Source: a virus
Strand: one strand, 5' to 3'
DNA: 60,585 nt
Virus record (IMG/VR): IMGVR_UViG_3300028195_000002
The notes below the pieces were generated by a model. It was not told the DNA's origin. It made no database searches and saw only the letters and a program-made list of their open reading frames with translations. The position numbers and the translations under genes were made by a program. Positions within the stretch are counted from its first letter, which is position 1; each line of letters opens with the position of its first letter. Positions 39,780 through 49,392 of the stretch are shown here, one piece after another.

Positions 39780-41389
39780 TATGCCCCCTTTGTGACTTCA
39801 GATACAGAGCGACCTATTAATATCTGGTCAATTGTCGCTTTTCCTACTGCCTTTATTTGGAAAGAAGTACCCCCTTTAAGATTTACCCTAAAAAGGTTGT
39901 CATCACCGATAACTTTGGATGTATCCAGAACACCATCAACGTAGAAACTAAGAGTAACGTTCCCCGCCGCAAAAGCTCCCTGGACCTTGCCTGCCGTAAA
40001 AATTTGCCGGGATCGGAATTCAAAGACTTTTGATATCCAGGTATAATCGACATTTGATCCGGTCCTATAAGAAACTATCTCTCTGACAGCATCTTTCGTC
40101 TGGATCAGATATAAAAGATCTGCGTCGGAAGAATAGGCCCCGCCATAAACATTTTGTGCCGACGTGATCGCCTGATATTCTCCGGTTTCCAAATGGAGGG
40201 AAAACCCTGACGTTGTGCCAGAGAAGAAACCTATATAATATTCGTTATAATAAACCCCAAACAGGTTCTCAGGAGAAAGAGCTTTCCATTGATTCTTTGT
40301 GAATATTTTTTCCGTGACCAATAAACCCAGGCCCGCTTCATTGATAAGATAAAGACCATCTGGGCTGGCATACATGACACCACCGGGGACATTAACGATG
40401 GACCGGGCAGAAACGCACTTTTGTTGATATCCCAACCGACGCAAAGACAATGTCTCAGGGTCTTGGCCTATCAACATATATGGAACTGTCTGGGTGAGAA
40501 CAACGACAAGGCTCCCCGTGTACCCAAGGCCCACAATATCGGATTCAGTCACAAGGCTGTATTCAGCCGGGAAAGCGTAAGGAATAAAAATCTCAGAAGG
40601 ATAAATGGTATTCCCCACAAACCCAAAGACAAGGCCATGTGATGTGGCAACTAATCCCGAAAGGGCTGCATCAGGTGAAGTCCATCCCACCGTGGGCAAA
40701 ACTTCTCCCAGGTCATCATCGGTCTTTTCATCGTCATATTGAGTTGTAGCAACCGCCATTTCATCAACATATTGGTACTCTGCCCCGACATTGCCGGAAT
40801 TCAACCTGTATATCCTGAAATGAGTGGTATACGCTCCATCCGCTGTGGCATCAGTAAACCCGGTCAACCTGGGGGTAATGCCCCCATAAACATCAAAGAC
40901 AGCCGTAGGGGAAGACGGGCCAGATTCAACCTCGCTGCCATCGGCCCATTTACCAACAATCGTGTAAACATAAGAGGAGGCGTGGACAACATCATCCCCC
41001 GGCGTGCCAATTAAAGCGACGGTTAAGGCGTTTGTAGGGGCCGGAATACCCAAACGCCGGACATTCGTCGGGAAAGGAGAAGAAACCAACGACAAAGCAG
41101 CATTTGTTTCTTTAGGATACCCGGCCCCGGTAAATAAAATTCTGTCTCCTGAATCTGCAACAAGAGCTTTTACCACGCTCACATTTTCATCCCATTGCAA
41201 AAAGGAATCATCCATCCTGAAAATAGTTGTTATTGCCGCCCCAACATCCTGGATGGCAGTTGACCCTTTAACCGGCTGAATATTACCGGATTCAAGGTTG
41301 CAATTAATAGCACTGGCCGCATAATTTTCAGGCAACAACTTATCTGAAAGCCTGGGGATTTCTCCCTTAAAGCCGCTAATATTAATCAA
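39779..41389 (-). CDS. Hypothetical tail structural protein
   Basis: 536-aa ORF between the head-completion-like genes and the fibres. Function is inferred from position only. Confidence 0.45.
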   Translation of the reverse strand: MINISGFKGEIPRLSDKLLPENYAASAINCNLESGNIQPVKGSTAIQDVGAAITTIFRMDDSFLQWDENVSVVKALVADSGDRILFTGAGYPKETNAALSLVSSPFPTNVRRLGIPAPTNALTVALIGTPGDDVVHASSYVYTIVGKWADGSEVESGPSSPTAVFDVYGGITPRLTGFTDATADGAYTTHFRIYRLNSGNVGAEYQYVDEMAVATTQYDDEKTDDDLGEVLPTVGWTSPDAALSGLVATSHGLVFGFVGNTIYPSEIFIPYAFPAEYSLVTESDIVGLGYTGSLVVVLTQTVPYMLIGQDPETLSLRRLGYQQKCVSARSIVNVPGGVMYASPDGLYLINEAGLGLLVTEKIFTKNQWKALSPENLFGVYYNEYYIGFFSGTTSGFSLHLETGEYQAITSAQNVYGGAYSSDADLLYLIQTKDAVREIVSYRTGSNVDYTWISKVFEFRSRQIFTAGKVQGAFAAGNVTLSFYVDGVLDTSKVIGDDNLFRVNLKGGTSFQIKAVGKATIDQILIGRSVSEVTKGA

Positions 41390-41943
41390 ATTCCCATTCT
41401 CCGGTCTATTCTTTTCTTTGTCGATGTGCCGTTCTGGAAAGATTCAGCCGCCCGCGATCCCACATAGTCCATATATTGTTTTTCATAATACATGGCCAAT
41501 TCTGCATTGGTCCAAGATTTTCCAGGGGAAAGGAACAACCGCCTTTTAACTCCGGTCACAATCGCATCAAGATGATCCCTTAATAAAAAATCAGGCAAGG
41601 TTGTGGCAGTTAACGCGGGCTTGACTGCAAGTACCAACTCGATATCAAAATCCAGTGTCGCAACATTATCCAAAAGGATAGAATCCCCTGTTACCGAAAT
41701 ATCCAAGAATTCACTATCGTTAACTTCGGCAGTTACAATCCCGACCAATTGCGTACCATCGGGAAGGCTCACTTCTTTTTCTTGGTCTCCCACCGAAATA
41801 GACACTTCCGCCTCATGCCTATACACCCATCCGTCATTACAATATTCATTTGCCACCCGAATAAGCTCAATGTCGATGGCAATCTCTGGGCATTTCGGCA
41901 AATCAGGGACAATAAAGGGGTAGTACGTAGCCAATGTTGTCAT
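41386..41943 (-). CDS. Hypothetical structural protein
   Basis: 185-aa ORF with overlapping stop/start with its neighbour. Confidence 0.45.
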   Translation of the reverse strand: MTTLATYYPFIVPDLPKCPEIAIDIELIRVANEYCNDGWVYRHEAEVSISVGDQEKEVSLPDGTQLVGIVTAEVNDSEFLDISVTGDSILLDNVATLDFDIELVLAVKPALTATTLPDFLLRDHLDAIVTGVKRRLFLSPGKSWTNAELAMYYEKQYMDYVGSRAAESFQNGTSTKKRIDRRMGI

Positions 41944-41946
41944 GTG

Positions 41947-42594
41947 TTACCTCTCGATTTCAGCTATCTTGGTATCCGTGCTTATTTTAGCCCGTAGGGC
42001 ATTATAAAAAGTTTGCATATGGGCCTGTGCAACCGACGCGTTTGCCCCTTCCGCTTCCATAGACATGCATCTGTACATGACCCATTCCAATAATGGTGAG
42101 ATATAAATATCATCGACCCCGATAGAATCCGTAGTGACTGTCAATTGTACTGGTGCCTTAGAATAAGACAACTCAACATTTAAGGTTCCAATGCTCGGCG
42201 TTGGATAGACCCAAAAGACTTTAGGTGTAGTTGGATCAAAAATATACCGTTTAACCTCTGTCGCTGATTCATCCGATGTCCATGTAGGGTAATATCCATC
42301 AATCTCATTTCTGGATATTTTTTTGATATGTCTACCGGGCACTGCCCCGTCTATTCCTAAATTCCTTACGCAATCTATAAACCGGACACCCCCCGCAGGA
42401 ATCTCTTGCTTTGCAGATTGAGCAAGGACAAAAGGTCCAGTAACCCCTGTGGCATCTGGCCTGAGTGATGCAATTTGGTTCTGAGCTTCCGACAAATAAG
42501 ACAATAATAACGATTCCGACCAAATATCCTGGCCTACGTCATGTAGTTGTTGTCCTAAAAGATCGACAAGATTGCCTGCTGTATAAGTTGACAT
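41947..42594 (-). CDS. Hypothetical structural protein (possible head-tail adaptor)
   Basis: 215-aa ORF. Function is inferred from position only. Confidence 0.4.
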   Translation of the reverse strand: MSTYTAGNLVDLLGQQLHDVGQDIWSESLLLSYLSEAQNQIASLRPDATGVTGPFVLAQSAKQEIPAGGVRFIDCVRNLGIDGAVPGRHIKKISRNEIDGYYPTWTSDESATEVKRYIFDPTTPKVFWVYPTPSIGTLNVELSYSKAPVQLTVTTDSIGVDDIYISPLLEWVMYRCMSMEAEGANASVAQAHMQTFYNALRAKISTDTKIAEIER

Positions 42595-42636
42595 CGTTCA
42601 TGCTCCTTGTTACTTTTTTGTTTTAAATTTCAATTT

Positions 42637-43038
42637 TTATCCTTCTTGAATCGGTTGGTTGAAACCTTCGACACCTGCTTTGACCCGGTTCTTGGTTCTC
42701 TTTTCTTGCCATGCCATTGCCTCTTCAAGTTTAGTAATGGTTAAGGCATTCTCCCGGCAGGGGAAACGAGCATTAAGGGATTCAACCAGGCATTTTGCAT
42801 ATTCAATAATCTCTGGGGGCTGGCATCCATCGACTCCCACCTGCCCAACCGGATCTGATTGAATTTCAAAAAGAACGCCAGGTGCCAAGCCTTCGGGTGT
42901 ATCAAAAAGGCTGACATATTCTTTTAATGGCGAATCCATCCTCTTCAAAGCGTCTACTATGTGACAGACTGGCTTTTCCTGGGTCATACAAGAGGCTCCG
43001 GCACATCCTTTTTCCTGATCCAAATCCGATTCTTCCAT
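42637..43038 (-). CDS. Hypothetical protein
   Basis: ATG at 43038 (MEESDLDQ), 8 nt after the upstream stop, is preferred over the overlapping track start at 43203. Confidence 0.4.
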   Translation of the reverse strand: MEESDLDQEKGCAGASCMTQEKPVCHIVDALKRMDSPLKEYVSLFDTPEGLAPGVLFEIQSDPVGQVGVDGCQPPEIIEYAKCLVESLNARFPCRENALTITKLEEAMAWQEKRTKNRVKAGVEGFNQPIQEG

Positions 43039-43045
43039 CTCTAAA

Positions 43046-43546
43046 TCAGGTTCTTTCCAGAACTGGAAAAAAAATATCATTTTGATTAAACCCATAAACA
43101 GCGGATTGAAGAAGAAACCCCATAAGAAACCAGATTTTATCCTTGATTTTTTCCATACAGGCTTCTGCCCCAATTTTTTCACTGTAGTTGTTCGGGTCCA
43201 CACATGCGATTGACTCCGTAATTACAAAACCATTTTTCAAAACACATTGAACAAGTGTCGTTTTGGACTTTGTCCCTTCTGGAAAAATCGTTGATACATC
43301 ACGGCTTGCGATCATACTTTCAACATCTTCATGGCTGACTTTATTGTCCTTCCCAACGATTTGAAAGTTTTGGTCTTCAAACCGCTCTTTCGGACACCAG
43401 GAAACATAGTCGTCTGAATATTGGACAAGATATCCCTCTCTTTCCGGATCTTCATCTGGCGGAATAGTCCAGCCTCTTAATATATTATAATCTCCAAGGG
43501 TAATTGGTCTTGCTTCAACTAATTTTACTCCAATAAAGCTATTCAT
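43046..43546 (-). CDS. N4 gp49 / Sf6 gp66-like phage protein
   Basis: 166 aa. IGVKLVEARPITLGDYNILRGW...EGYLVQYSDDYVSWCPKERFE and TTLVQCVLKNGFVITESIACVDPNNYSEKIG match my recollection of this family. Confidence 0.45.
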   Translation of the reverse strand: MNSFIGVKLVEARPITLGDYNILRGWTIPPDEDPEREGYLVQYSDDYVSWCPKERFEDQNFQIVGKDNKVSHEDVESMIASRDVSTIFPEGTKSKTTLVQCVLKNGFVITESIACVDPNNYSEKIGAEACMEKIKDKIWFLMGFLLQSAVYGFNQNDIFFPVLERT

Positions 43547-43557
43547 TTCTTCTCCTT

Positions 43558-43809
43558 TTAATTAATATCCATGATTCTTACTTTTTTTTGTCCGGCTCCT
43601 TGCTTGGTTTTTTTGTCCGGCTCCGGCTTCTTCATGGGCTCTGGTTCCGGCTCAATCTCTGTGAAAGCCGTCGGAAATTCTTTAACCAGATATTTCCCGT
43701 CACCTTCTGTAACTTTTACTGGTTTGTTTTCTTTGAAATGATATTTTTTTTCCAGTTCTGGGCGGGTGAGTTTTAATTCTTTTTTACTTCCGGTATAAAT
43801 TAAAAGCAT
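43558..43809 (-). CDS. Hypothetical protein
   Basis: 83-aa ORF downstream of the capsid terminator. Confidence 0.4.
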   Translation of the reverse strand: MLLIYTGSKKELKLTRPELEKKYHFKENKPVKVTEGDGKYLVKEFPTAFTEIEPEPEPMKKPEPDKKTKQGAGQKKVRIMDIN

Positions 43810-43825
43810 TTGTGTCTTTTCTCCT

Positions 43826-43856
43826 TGAAAAGCGGGGCAGGGAAAACCCCGCCCCG
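43826..43856 (-). terminator. Rho-independent terminator after the capsid/decoration genes
   Basis: On the minus strand it reads CGGGGCGGGG-TTTT-CCCTGCCCCG (10-bp stem, one mismatch), followed by CTTTTC. Confidence 0.65.
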
Positions 43857-43878
43857 AATTATTTAATGATTACTGAGG

Positions 43879-44301
43879 CTACGCCTCTTCGTCGACGATA
43901 CTATCAGCCATCTTGTACCAAACGTGCAGGGACAAGACCGCTTCATCAGGAAGGGCCGCTCCAAGGATCTTCATCTGGACGTCTTCATCAGCCGTCAACT
44001 CAAGATCCATAATAGCTGACGCGCTGCCGGCCGCTGCACAATCCGCACCATCAAAGTATTTATCAATGGTTGTGTCGTCACCAATATCAACAGTAACGCC
44101 TGTATCCAGGGCTGACGTTATATAGTCAACCTTGATAACCCTGGCGCCGGAAGGCAGGGGCACCATTTTGATAATACTGTTGGCATCTTTCGCGCCATCA
44201 TTCACATATTTTGCAGACCGGCAATAAACGACACCGGCCTTTCTCTGATCAATCATTAAGCTGTTTTTTACAGCATCTGTGGAGTCTGTTACTGCTGCCA
44301 T
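43879..44301 (-). CDS. Hypothetical head protein (possible decoration protein)
   Basis: 140-aa ORF immediately after the major capsid gene. Function is inferred from position only. Confidence 0.4.
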   Translation of the reverse strand: MAAVTDSTDAVKNSLMIDQRKAGVVYCRSAKYVNDGAKDANSIIKMVPLPSGARVIKVDYITSALDTGVTVDIGDDTTIDKYFDGADCAAAGSASAIMDLELTADEDVQMKILGAALPDEAVLSLHVWYKMADSIVDEEA

Positions 44302-44321
44302 ATCTTGGCTCCTTATTTGAA

Positions 44322-44342
44322 GGGGTGGCTATTAACCACCCC
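44322..44342 (-). other. Stem-loop between the capsid and downstream gene (GGGGTGG/CCACCCC)
   Basis: 7-bp GC stem with a 7-nt loop and no clear U-tract. It may act as an attenuator or mRNA stabiliser. Confidence 0.35.
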
Positions 44343-44348
44343 TATCGG

Positions 44349-45437
44349 TTAGGCGTTAGGATCTATGCAAGCGGTATCAACCGCAATTACACCAGGGTCC
44401 AAACTGTTAAAGGTCGCTTTTTTGATGCCGTAAATAGAACCGGCTGTGATTACCAATCTATTGCCACGGTCATCAGTCTCTTCATTCCAGGAATATCGGC
44501 CAAAATCACCGTTTTTACCCCACGCGGCCATACCTGCATGGGCTCCAAGAAAAAGGGCTCTTGCGGCACCAACATCAGCACCGGCTCCATAATCACTGAA
44601 ACGGATAACATTCCTGTGTTTATGAAGGATAACGCCATTCCAAACACCCAGAGCATTCCGATAGACAAGAGATTTCTGTCCGTCAGTATTCTTATGGATA
44701 TCCAGCCAGTCATTTGTGGAAGTAGCTCCCCGCAAAGAAAAAGCCTGGAATGTGTGCATCAAGAGAACAAACTGGCCGCTGTCACCATCAGAAACAGGCC
44801 TGATAAGAGGAGAGGTTGTCTCCGCCTTGGCCGTACATCTTTCAATGGTGTTCAGGGTCATGATGTCACCAACCGCAAGATCAGCCTTTGAGGATGCCTT
44901 TGTTCCGGTTGTGTCTCCATAAACGGTATAGGCCGGGGCTGTCATGGCATTATTCGCTCTGCCGGTCCATGTAAGTGGGAAATGGAAATTTGTATTCACT
45001 CCCCTGGCTCCAGCAAGATACATCATCATCTGCTGGTCATAATCCTCACCGAACCAGACACCAAGTGCATCCCGTCCCATTTTCCGCAGATTGTAAGGAA
45101 CTCTCTGCTCGGACATTTTGCCTTTGGATTTTGTGGACTTTCTTCGCTGATCAATGTAAACCGCATCAGGGAAATGAGACAGGCCCTCTTCTGCGCTGGT
45201 CCCTTCGATATCTGCATCACCTTCGATACCGTCCCCGGACAATTTCATCTGAAGACCAACCGTGATTTTCTCTCCGGCACTGGTCTTTTTAAGATCCTGC
45301 TGAACTTTGATGACACTGTTTTTACCAGTGCCCATGAATTTTCTGAAATACTGCTGGTCTTCAGCTTCAATCGCTAGACCAGGTTCCCATACCTGGCGTG
45401 CCAGGCTACTATTTAATGCAAAATCAGTTGCACCCAT
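44349..45437 (-). CDS. Major capsid protein (N4 gp56-like family, HK97 fold)
   Basis: 362 aa following the scaffold gene. An N-terminus of this kind (ALNSSLARQVWEPGL...FRKFMG...IKVQQDLKK..GEKITVGL...LSGDGIEGD) is characteristic of that family as I recall it. Confidence 0.7.
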   Translation of the reverse strand: MGATDFALNSSLARQVWEPGLAIEAEDQQYFRKFMGTGKNSVIKVQQDLKKTSAGEKITVGLQMKLSGDGIEGDADIEGTSAEEGLSHFPDAVYIDQRRKSTKSKGKMSEQRVPYNLRKMGRDALGVWFGEDYDQQMMMYLAGARGVNTNFHFPLTWTGRANNAMTAPAYTVYGDTTGTKASSKADLAVGDIMTLNTIERCTAKAETTSPLIRPVSDGDSGQFVLLMHTFQAFSLRGATSTNDWLDIHKNTDGQKSLVYRNALGVWNGVILHKHRNVIRFSDYGAGADVGAARALFLGAHAGMAAWGKNGDFGRYSWNEETDDRGNRLVITAGSIYGIKKATFNSLDPGVIAVDTACIDPNA

Positions 45438-45449
45438 CTGTTATAATCC

Positions 45450-46508
45450 TTATGACCCCTCGTAATAGGCGTCACGATCTTTCTGTGACATCGCCCGTAA
45501 CTCCGCCTCCGTTTTTGGCGCCCATCCTTTTGGTGCTCCATTGTCGGAGGAGGGAACGTCGTCTAAACCTATCCCAGAGGGATTGTCTTTAAATTTGGTT
45601 AAAAGTTCTTTGGTCACTCTTTCTGTGACCTCTTTTTCAATATCTGCCCTCGAACTCTCTGGGGCTGTCATTGAATCATTACAGAACTTGACAAAGGACA
45701 CTGCAGCCTTGCCTAACGCAACAGGTTTGTTTGATCCAGGAACGATTACCATTGTTGCCGGATTTGAGAGGACTGCCAGGGCTTCATTGTCAAAGCCCTT
45801 TTCCACTGCATAGTCAGTCAATTTTTGCCCGACTGCTGCATTCTCATAGACACCAGGTACCGCAAGAGAAATTTGTTCAAGACTATCGGCAATAAGAGAA
45901 TCCATGCTTTCCTTCTCAGCCGCCACCGTGTCTGCTTGCGTTTTTGCTGCAAAGGCTGCCTCTTTATGCGTCTGCAAATCGTGCATATATTGCAGGGCAT
46001 CCATTGCGCTTTCTTCTTTAAGCGTCTCAAACTCTTCCTTGGATAAAACTTTAAAATCCGGGTCCACCTTTGGGGTCTCGCCGGCTTCAACTTCGGCAGG
46101 TTGTGCAGATTCTTTTTGATCGACCATGAATTGAAGGGATTTATTTTTGGCCCTCGCCTCTGCCAATGCTTTTTCAAGATTGGTTTTATGTTCGGTCAAT
46201 TTAGTCACATCGTCCGGTTCTTTGGGGATTTTGTCTTCTTCCTTGACTTCCCCTTCCTCTTCTCCGGGTTTTATGACTTCTTCCTGCTTTGACTGTTCAT
46301 CAGGGTCCACGACTTCTTTATCAGCTGACGACTGTGAAGATGCCGGGTCATCTACTTCACTTGATGATTCTTCAACGTCTGGAACTGATTCCCCGAACAA
46401 GCTGTCGTCTGAACCTTCATCCGACTGTCCGGGAGTCAATGTCTCGCTGCCTTCCACGATAATTTCTGTTGCTGTTGCCACTTCTGCTGCTGTTGCCTCT
46501 TCTCCCAT
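45450..46508 (-). CDS. Scaffolding protein
   Basis: 352 aa, very acidic, with coiled-coil stretches. It lies between the portal region and the capsid gene. Confidence 0.6.
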   Translation of the reverse strand: MGEEATAAEVATATEIIVEGSETLTPGQSDEGSDDSLFGESVPDVEESSSEVDDPASSQSSADKEVVDPDEQSKQEEVIKPGEEEGEVKEEDKIPKEPDDVTKLTEHKTNLEKALAEARAKNKSLQFMVDQKESAQPAEVEAGETPKVDPDFKVLSKEEFETLKEESAMDALQYMHDLQTHKEAAFAAKTQADTVAAEKESMDSLIADSLEQISLAVPGVYENAAVGQKLTDYAVEKGFDNEALAVLSNPATMVIVPGSNKPVALGKAAVSFVKFCNDSMTAPESSRADIEKEVTERVTKELLTKFKDNPSGIGLDDVPSSDNGAPKGWAPKTEAELRAMSQKDRDAYYEGS

Positions 46509-46611
46509 GTTCTTTTCTCCTTGCTGTTTAACGGATCAGCTCCCGATTGTTTGATTTACACGGCTATAACGCTGCCGGTAGCGAATTAAAATGTATATAT
46601 TCCTTATTTGG

Positions 46612-46625
46612 TTCCATTTTAGGAA
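46612..46625. promoter_or_regulatory. Degenerate palindromic site TTCCAT-TT-TAGGAA
   Basis: Lies in the 180-bp intergenic region upstream of the scaffold gene. Confidence 0.3.
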
Positions 46626-46689
46626 AGCATACCCCAAAAAAAATAAAAATTGTACCCTGTGTCAAACTAAATAATTGAATTTCTTTTTC

Positions 46690-47106
46690 TTACTCCTGCA
46701 TTTCGCTAAGTTGAAGGATCTCTTCATCAATGGAAAGACAAGAAGAATCAAACCCTAAAGGGTTCTCGTCAATTGGCAATGGCCATCGTGGTTTTTCCCC
46801 AAAAAGAGACGTCTTGTCGCTAAAAAGGGCAGGATCAAAGTATTCATCATCCCGTGGCCCAAACTTTCTATCAAGCCAAGATTTACTCCCCGGGGCCTCC
46901 GGGAATGTGTCATCAAAATTTTCATTTATTTTATCAATCGGCCTTTCACCTGGCTTTCCATGCGCCTCAAATCTGAAAGTATTCCACCTGAAATCACGAC
47001 CTTTTGGAATTTCCCTCTGTGACCTGAAATGTTTTTCCGCTTTAATATCAAAAGCCCTTTCCTGTGCCGCTGTCATATCCATTGTCATATTATTGCCTCC
47101 CCACAT
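46690..47106 (-). CDS. Hypothetical protein
   Basis: 138-aa ORF in the head module. Confidence 0.45.
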   Translation of the reverse strand: MWGGNNMTMDMTAAQERAFDIKAEKHFRSQREIPKGRDFRWNTFRFEAHGKPGERPIDKINENFDDTFPEAPGSKSWLDRKFGPRDDEYFDPALFSDKTSLFGEKPRWPLPIDENPLGFDSSCLSIDEEILQLSEMQE

Positions 47107-47302
47107 CTTCCAAAACCATATCAGCCGCCATCCCTAACACATGCTGTCGGCCACGCTTCGTGTTCCATGGCAGGGTTATTTTTTTTTTAAACCTATCTCC
47201 TTTGTAAAAACCAGAAACCTTGTAAACAACTGTTCTTTCTTTCTCCTCTGTTTCAAACCGTTTAAAGGAAAAATCTTTATACTTTTCACCTGATAATTCC
47301 AT
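47090..47302 (-). CDS. Hypothetical protein
   Basis: 70-aa ORF directly after the portal gene. Confidence 0.4.
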   Translation of the reverse strand: MELSGEKYKDFSFKRFETEEKERTVVYKVSGFYKGDRFKKKITLPWNTKRGRQHVLGMAADMVLEDVGRQ

Positions 47303-47304
47303 AC

Positions 47305-49392
47305 TTACCGCTCCTTTTCACTTTCCGACGTTGCCGCCGAATACATTTTGTCCCCAATATCTATCCCCTTTTCCGTTGAATCCAGCATAAAAGCCGCTTT
47401 ATCCATTTCATGCTTTTCCGCTTTAATCCCGCCGTCCTGACTTGCTCCTTGTGTGTCGGCCCTCGCCTTATCCGCTTTTGCAATAATCTCTTCAATCTGA
47501 GCCTTGATTTTTTCATTTTCCAGGGTCTTCTTATTTAATTCCAGTTCAACCGCCATATTTTCAAGCTCTGCCTGGTGCGCCTGGGCCTGCTTTTCTGCCT
47601 CAAGCTGCTCAACCAATTTTTGTTTCCTTTCGTCTGCATCCATATCTTCTTCAAGGGGATCATAACCAAGCAAGGGTTTAATTTTTTCAAGGAATTGTTC
47701 TTTGTTCGGCAGGTCTGCCATTTCAAAGGCAATATTCATCAAATGGGGAATAACTTCCGGCGGAGATTTTTTGACCCATTCGATAATCAGGCTCATGTTT
47801 TTCTCACGGACAGTATCGGACTTGGGAGAATCAGAAACAACATAATCATACCGGCCCTGGGTAAGATTGTTTTTAATTCCGCCCTCAAACCGTTTGTTAA
47901 TCTCAAGGAATTTATCAGCACCCGTCATGCGGTCAGTGACTCTCAAAACTTTTGGCCCGGTCCATTCCTTTTGAATGCCGGCACCAATCCTTTCCCCGAC
48001 CATCTTAACGGATCTTCTTAGATTATCGAACAATGGGGCAGTCATTACTCCTGATTGATTCATTTTCTTGTCCAGGGCTACGCCTGATGTTACGTTTGTC
48101 TGATATCCTGACGCCTCACCATTCGCCCCTGATATTTCCTGGATCTCTTTCTCGGATTGTCCCAAAATACCAATCTGGGAGACGGCAAGCTCTTCATTTT
48201 CGTCTATCTTGATTTTACTAATGCCGCCATTTTTAACAACAACCATACCATCAAGAGAATTAGCTTCCTTATGGATTGCATCCCATTCCTTTTTCGTACT
48301 TGCAATGCCTTCTTCCGCGATAATCCGCCTGGTATTCATCAAAGCCAATGCCATGGACCGTCTTTTATTTACTTCTATATCCTGGCCCCGGATCTGCCTG
48401 GGCACTCCATAAGGAAACCCGTATCTATCCACATACCCGACAAAAGGAACAAAGGGATATTGATCGTGCCCCAAGTCCGACGGAGTTTCATCTCTCAAGA
48501 TAACAGTTGAACAAAAAACAGCGGAAAACATTTTAGGGACCGTCGCCCGGATCAATTCTGAGGAATGCCGGACCATAAGCATCTGTTCTCTTGGGTCTTT
48601 GCTGTCGTCTATCTCTTTAACCGATCCATCTTCAAACGTGGCAAAAAGAACAGTTGTCGGCTTAGTGTACCAAATTTCAACCGGGCGAACCCTTCTCCTC
48701 GTCCCATCAACCCAGGGAACACCAACGGCAATTTGTTTTAATTCTTCCACTTCCTCTGCTTCATCAGCATCATAAGAATATGTTTCTTTGACTTTTTCAG
48801 TTAATGTCGAAAACATCCCGTCAAGATCTTTCTTTTTCTCCGGGTAGGCTGCTTGCAAGGCATCAAGATCAACCCATTTTTGCCAGAATTTATACCGGCA
48901 AGTGTCCGCCTCAGCCCAAATATCCGCAAAAGGATCAGAAAAACATTCTTTCCAATCTCTATACTTTACAGAAACAACTTCATGCCGGGGATCTCTATTT
49001 TTCCCAACAAAGATATTGCCGACACCTGGAATGATCTGATTTTTAAACGCCTGGGCAATAAGATAATACCCGGAACTTTGATCCATCACAAATTTAACCG
49101 ACTCCGACATCGTTTGGGATATCTCTGAATCTTTCGACGTCCTGGCCTTGGCTGTAATGTCATGCCGGTTGATAGCCTGGGAGCCTAAAATCAGATTTAC
49201 CGCAGGAAAGGTCCGGTTAATGGTGATAAGGTCAATACCTTTCATTTTGTAATCTTCTATCTCGGCTGGCGTGGCCTGTAATCCATCATACATTTCTTCA
49301 TCGGTCCAAGATTCCCCTCGCCATGCCTTGCTTACTAAATGCGCCTCTTCTACATACGCTGCCCATTTCCTCAATCTTTTTGGTATCATCAT
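47305..49392 (-). CDS. Portal protein
   Basis: 695 aa, immediately downstream of the large terminase with a 4-nt overlap. A long C-terminal coiled-coil barrel-like tail is present. Confidence 0.75.
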   Translation of the reverse strand: MMIPKRLRKWAAYVEEAHLVSKAWRGESWTDEEMYDGLQATPAEIEDYKMKGIDLITINRTFPAVNLILGSQAINRHDITAKARTSKDSEISQTMSESVKFVMDQSSGYYLIAQAFKNQIIPGVGNIFVGKNRDPRHEVVSVKYRDWKECFSDPFADIWAEADTCRYKFWQKWVDLDALQAAYPEKKKDLDGMFSTLTEKVKETYSYDADEAEEVEELKQIAVGVPWVDGTRRRVRPVEIWYTKPTTVLFATFEDGSVKEIDDSKDPREQMLMVRHSSELIRATVPKMFSAVFCSTVILRDETPSDLGHDQYPFVPFVGYVDRYGFPYGVPRQIRGQDIEVNKRRSMALALMNTRRIIAEEGIASTKKEWDAIHKEANSLDGMVVVKNGGISKIKIDENEELAVSQIGILGQSEKEIQEISGANGEASGYQTNVTSGVALDKKMNQSGVMTAPLFDNLRRSVKMVGERIGAGIQKEWTGPKVLRVTDRMTGADKFLEINKRFEGGIKNNLTQGRYDYVVSDSPKSDTVREKNMSLIIEWVKKSPPEVIPHLMNIAFEMADLPNKEQFLEKIKPLLGYDPLEEDMDADERKQKLVEQLEAEKQAQAHQAELENMAVELELNKKTLENEKIKAQIEEIIAKADKARADTQGASQDGGIKAEKHEMDKAAFMLDSTEKGIDIGDKMYSAATSESEKER

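Noticed and set aside
42637-43203. The full 188-aa track ORF overlapping the 3' end of the gp49-like gene; similarly the long versions of 50813-51517, 56659-57222, 52639-52992, 3026-3370 and 10154-11500.
   Set aside because: In each case the N-terminal extension overlaps the upstream gene or lacks an RBS. An internal ATG with a Shine-Dalgarno-like sequence lies just after the upstream stop, so I used the shorter coordinates.
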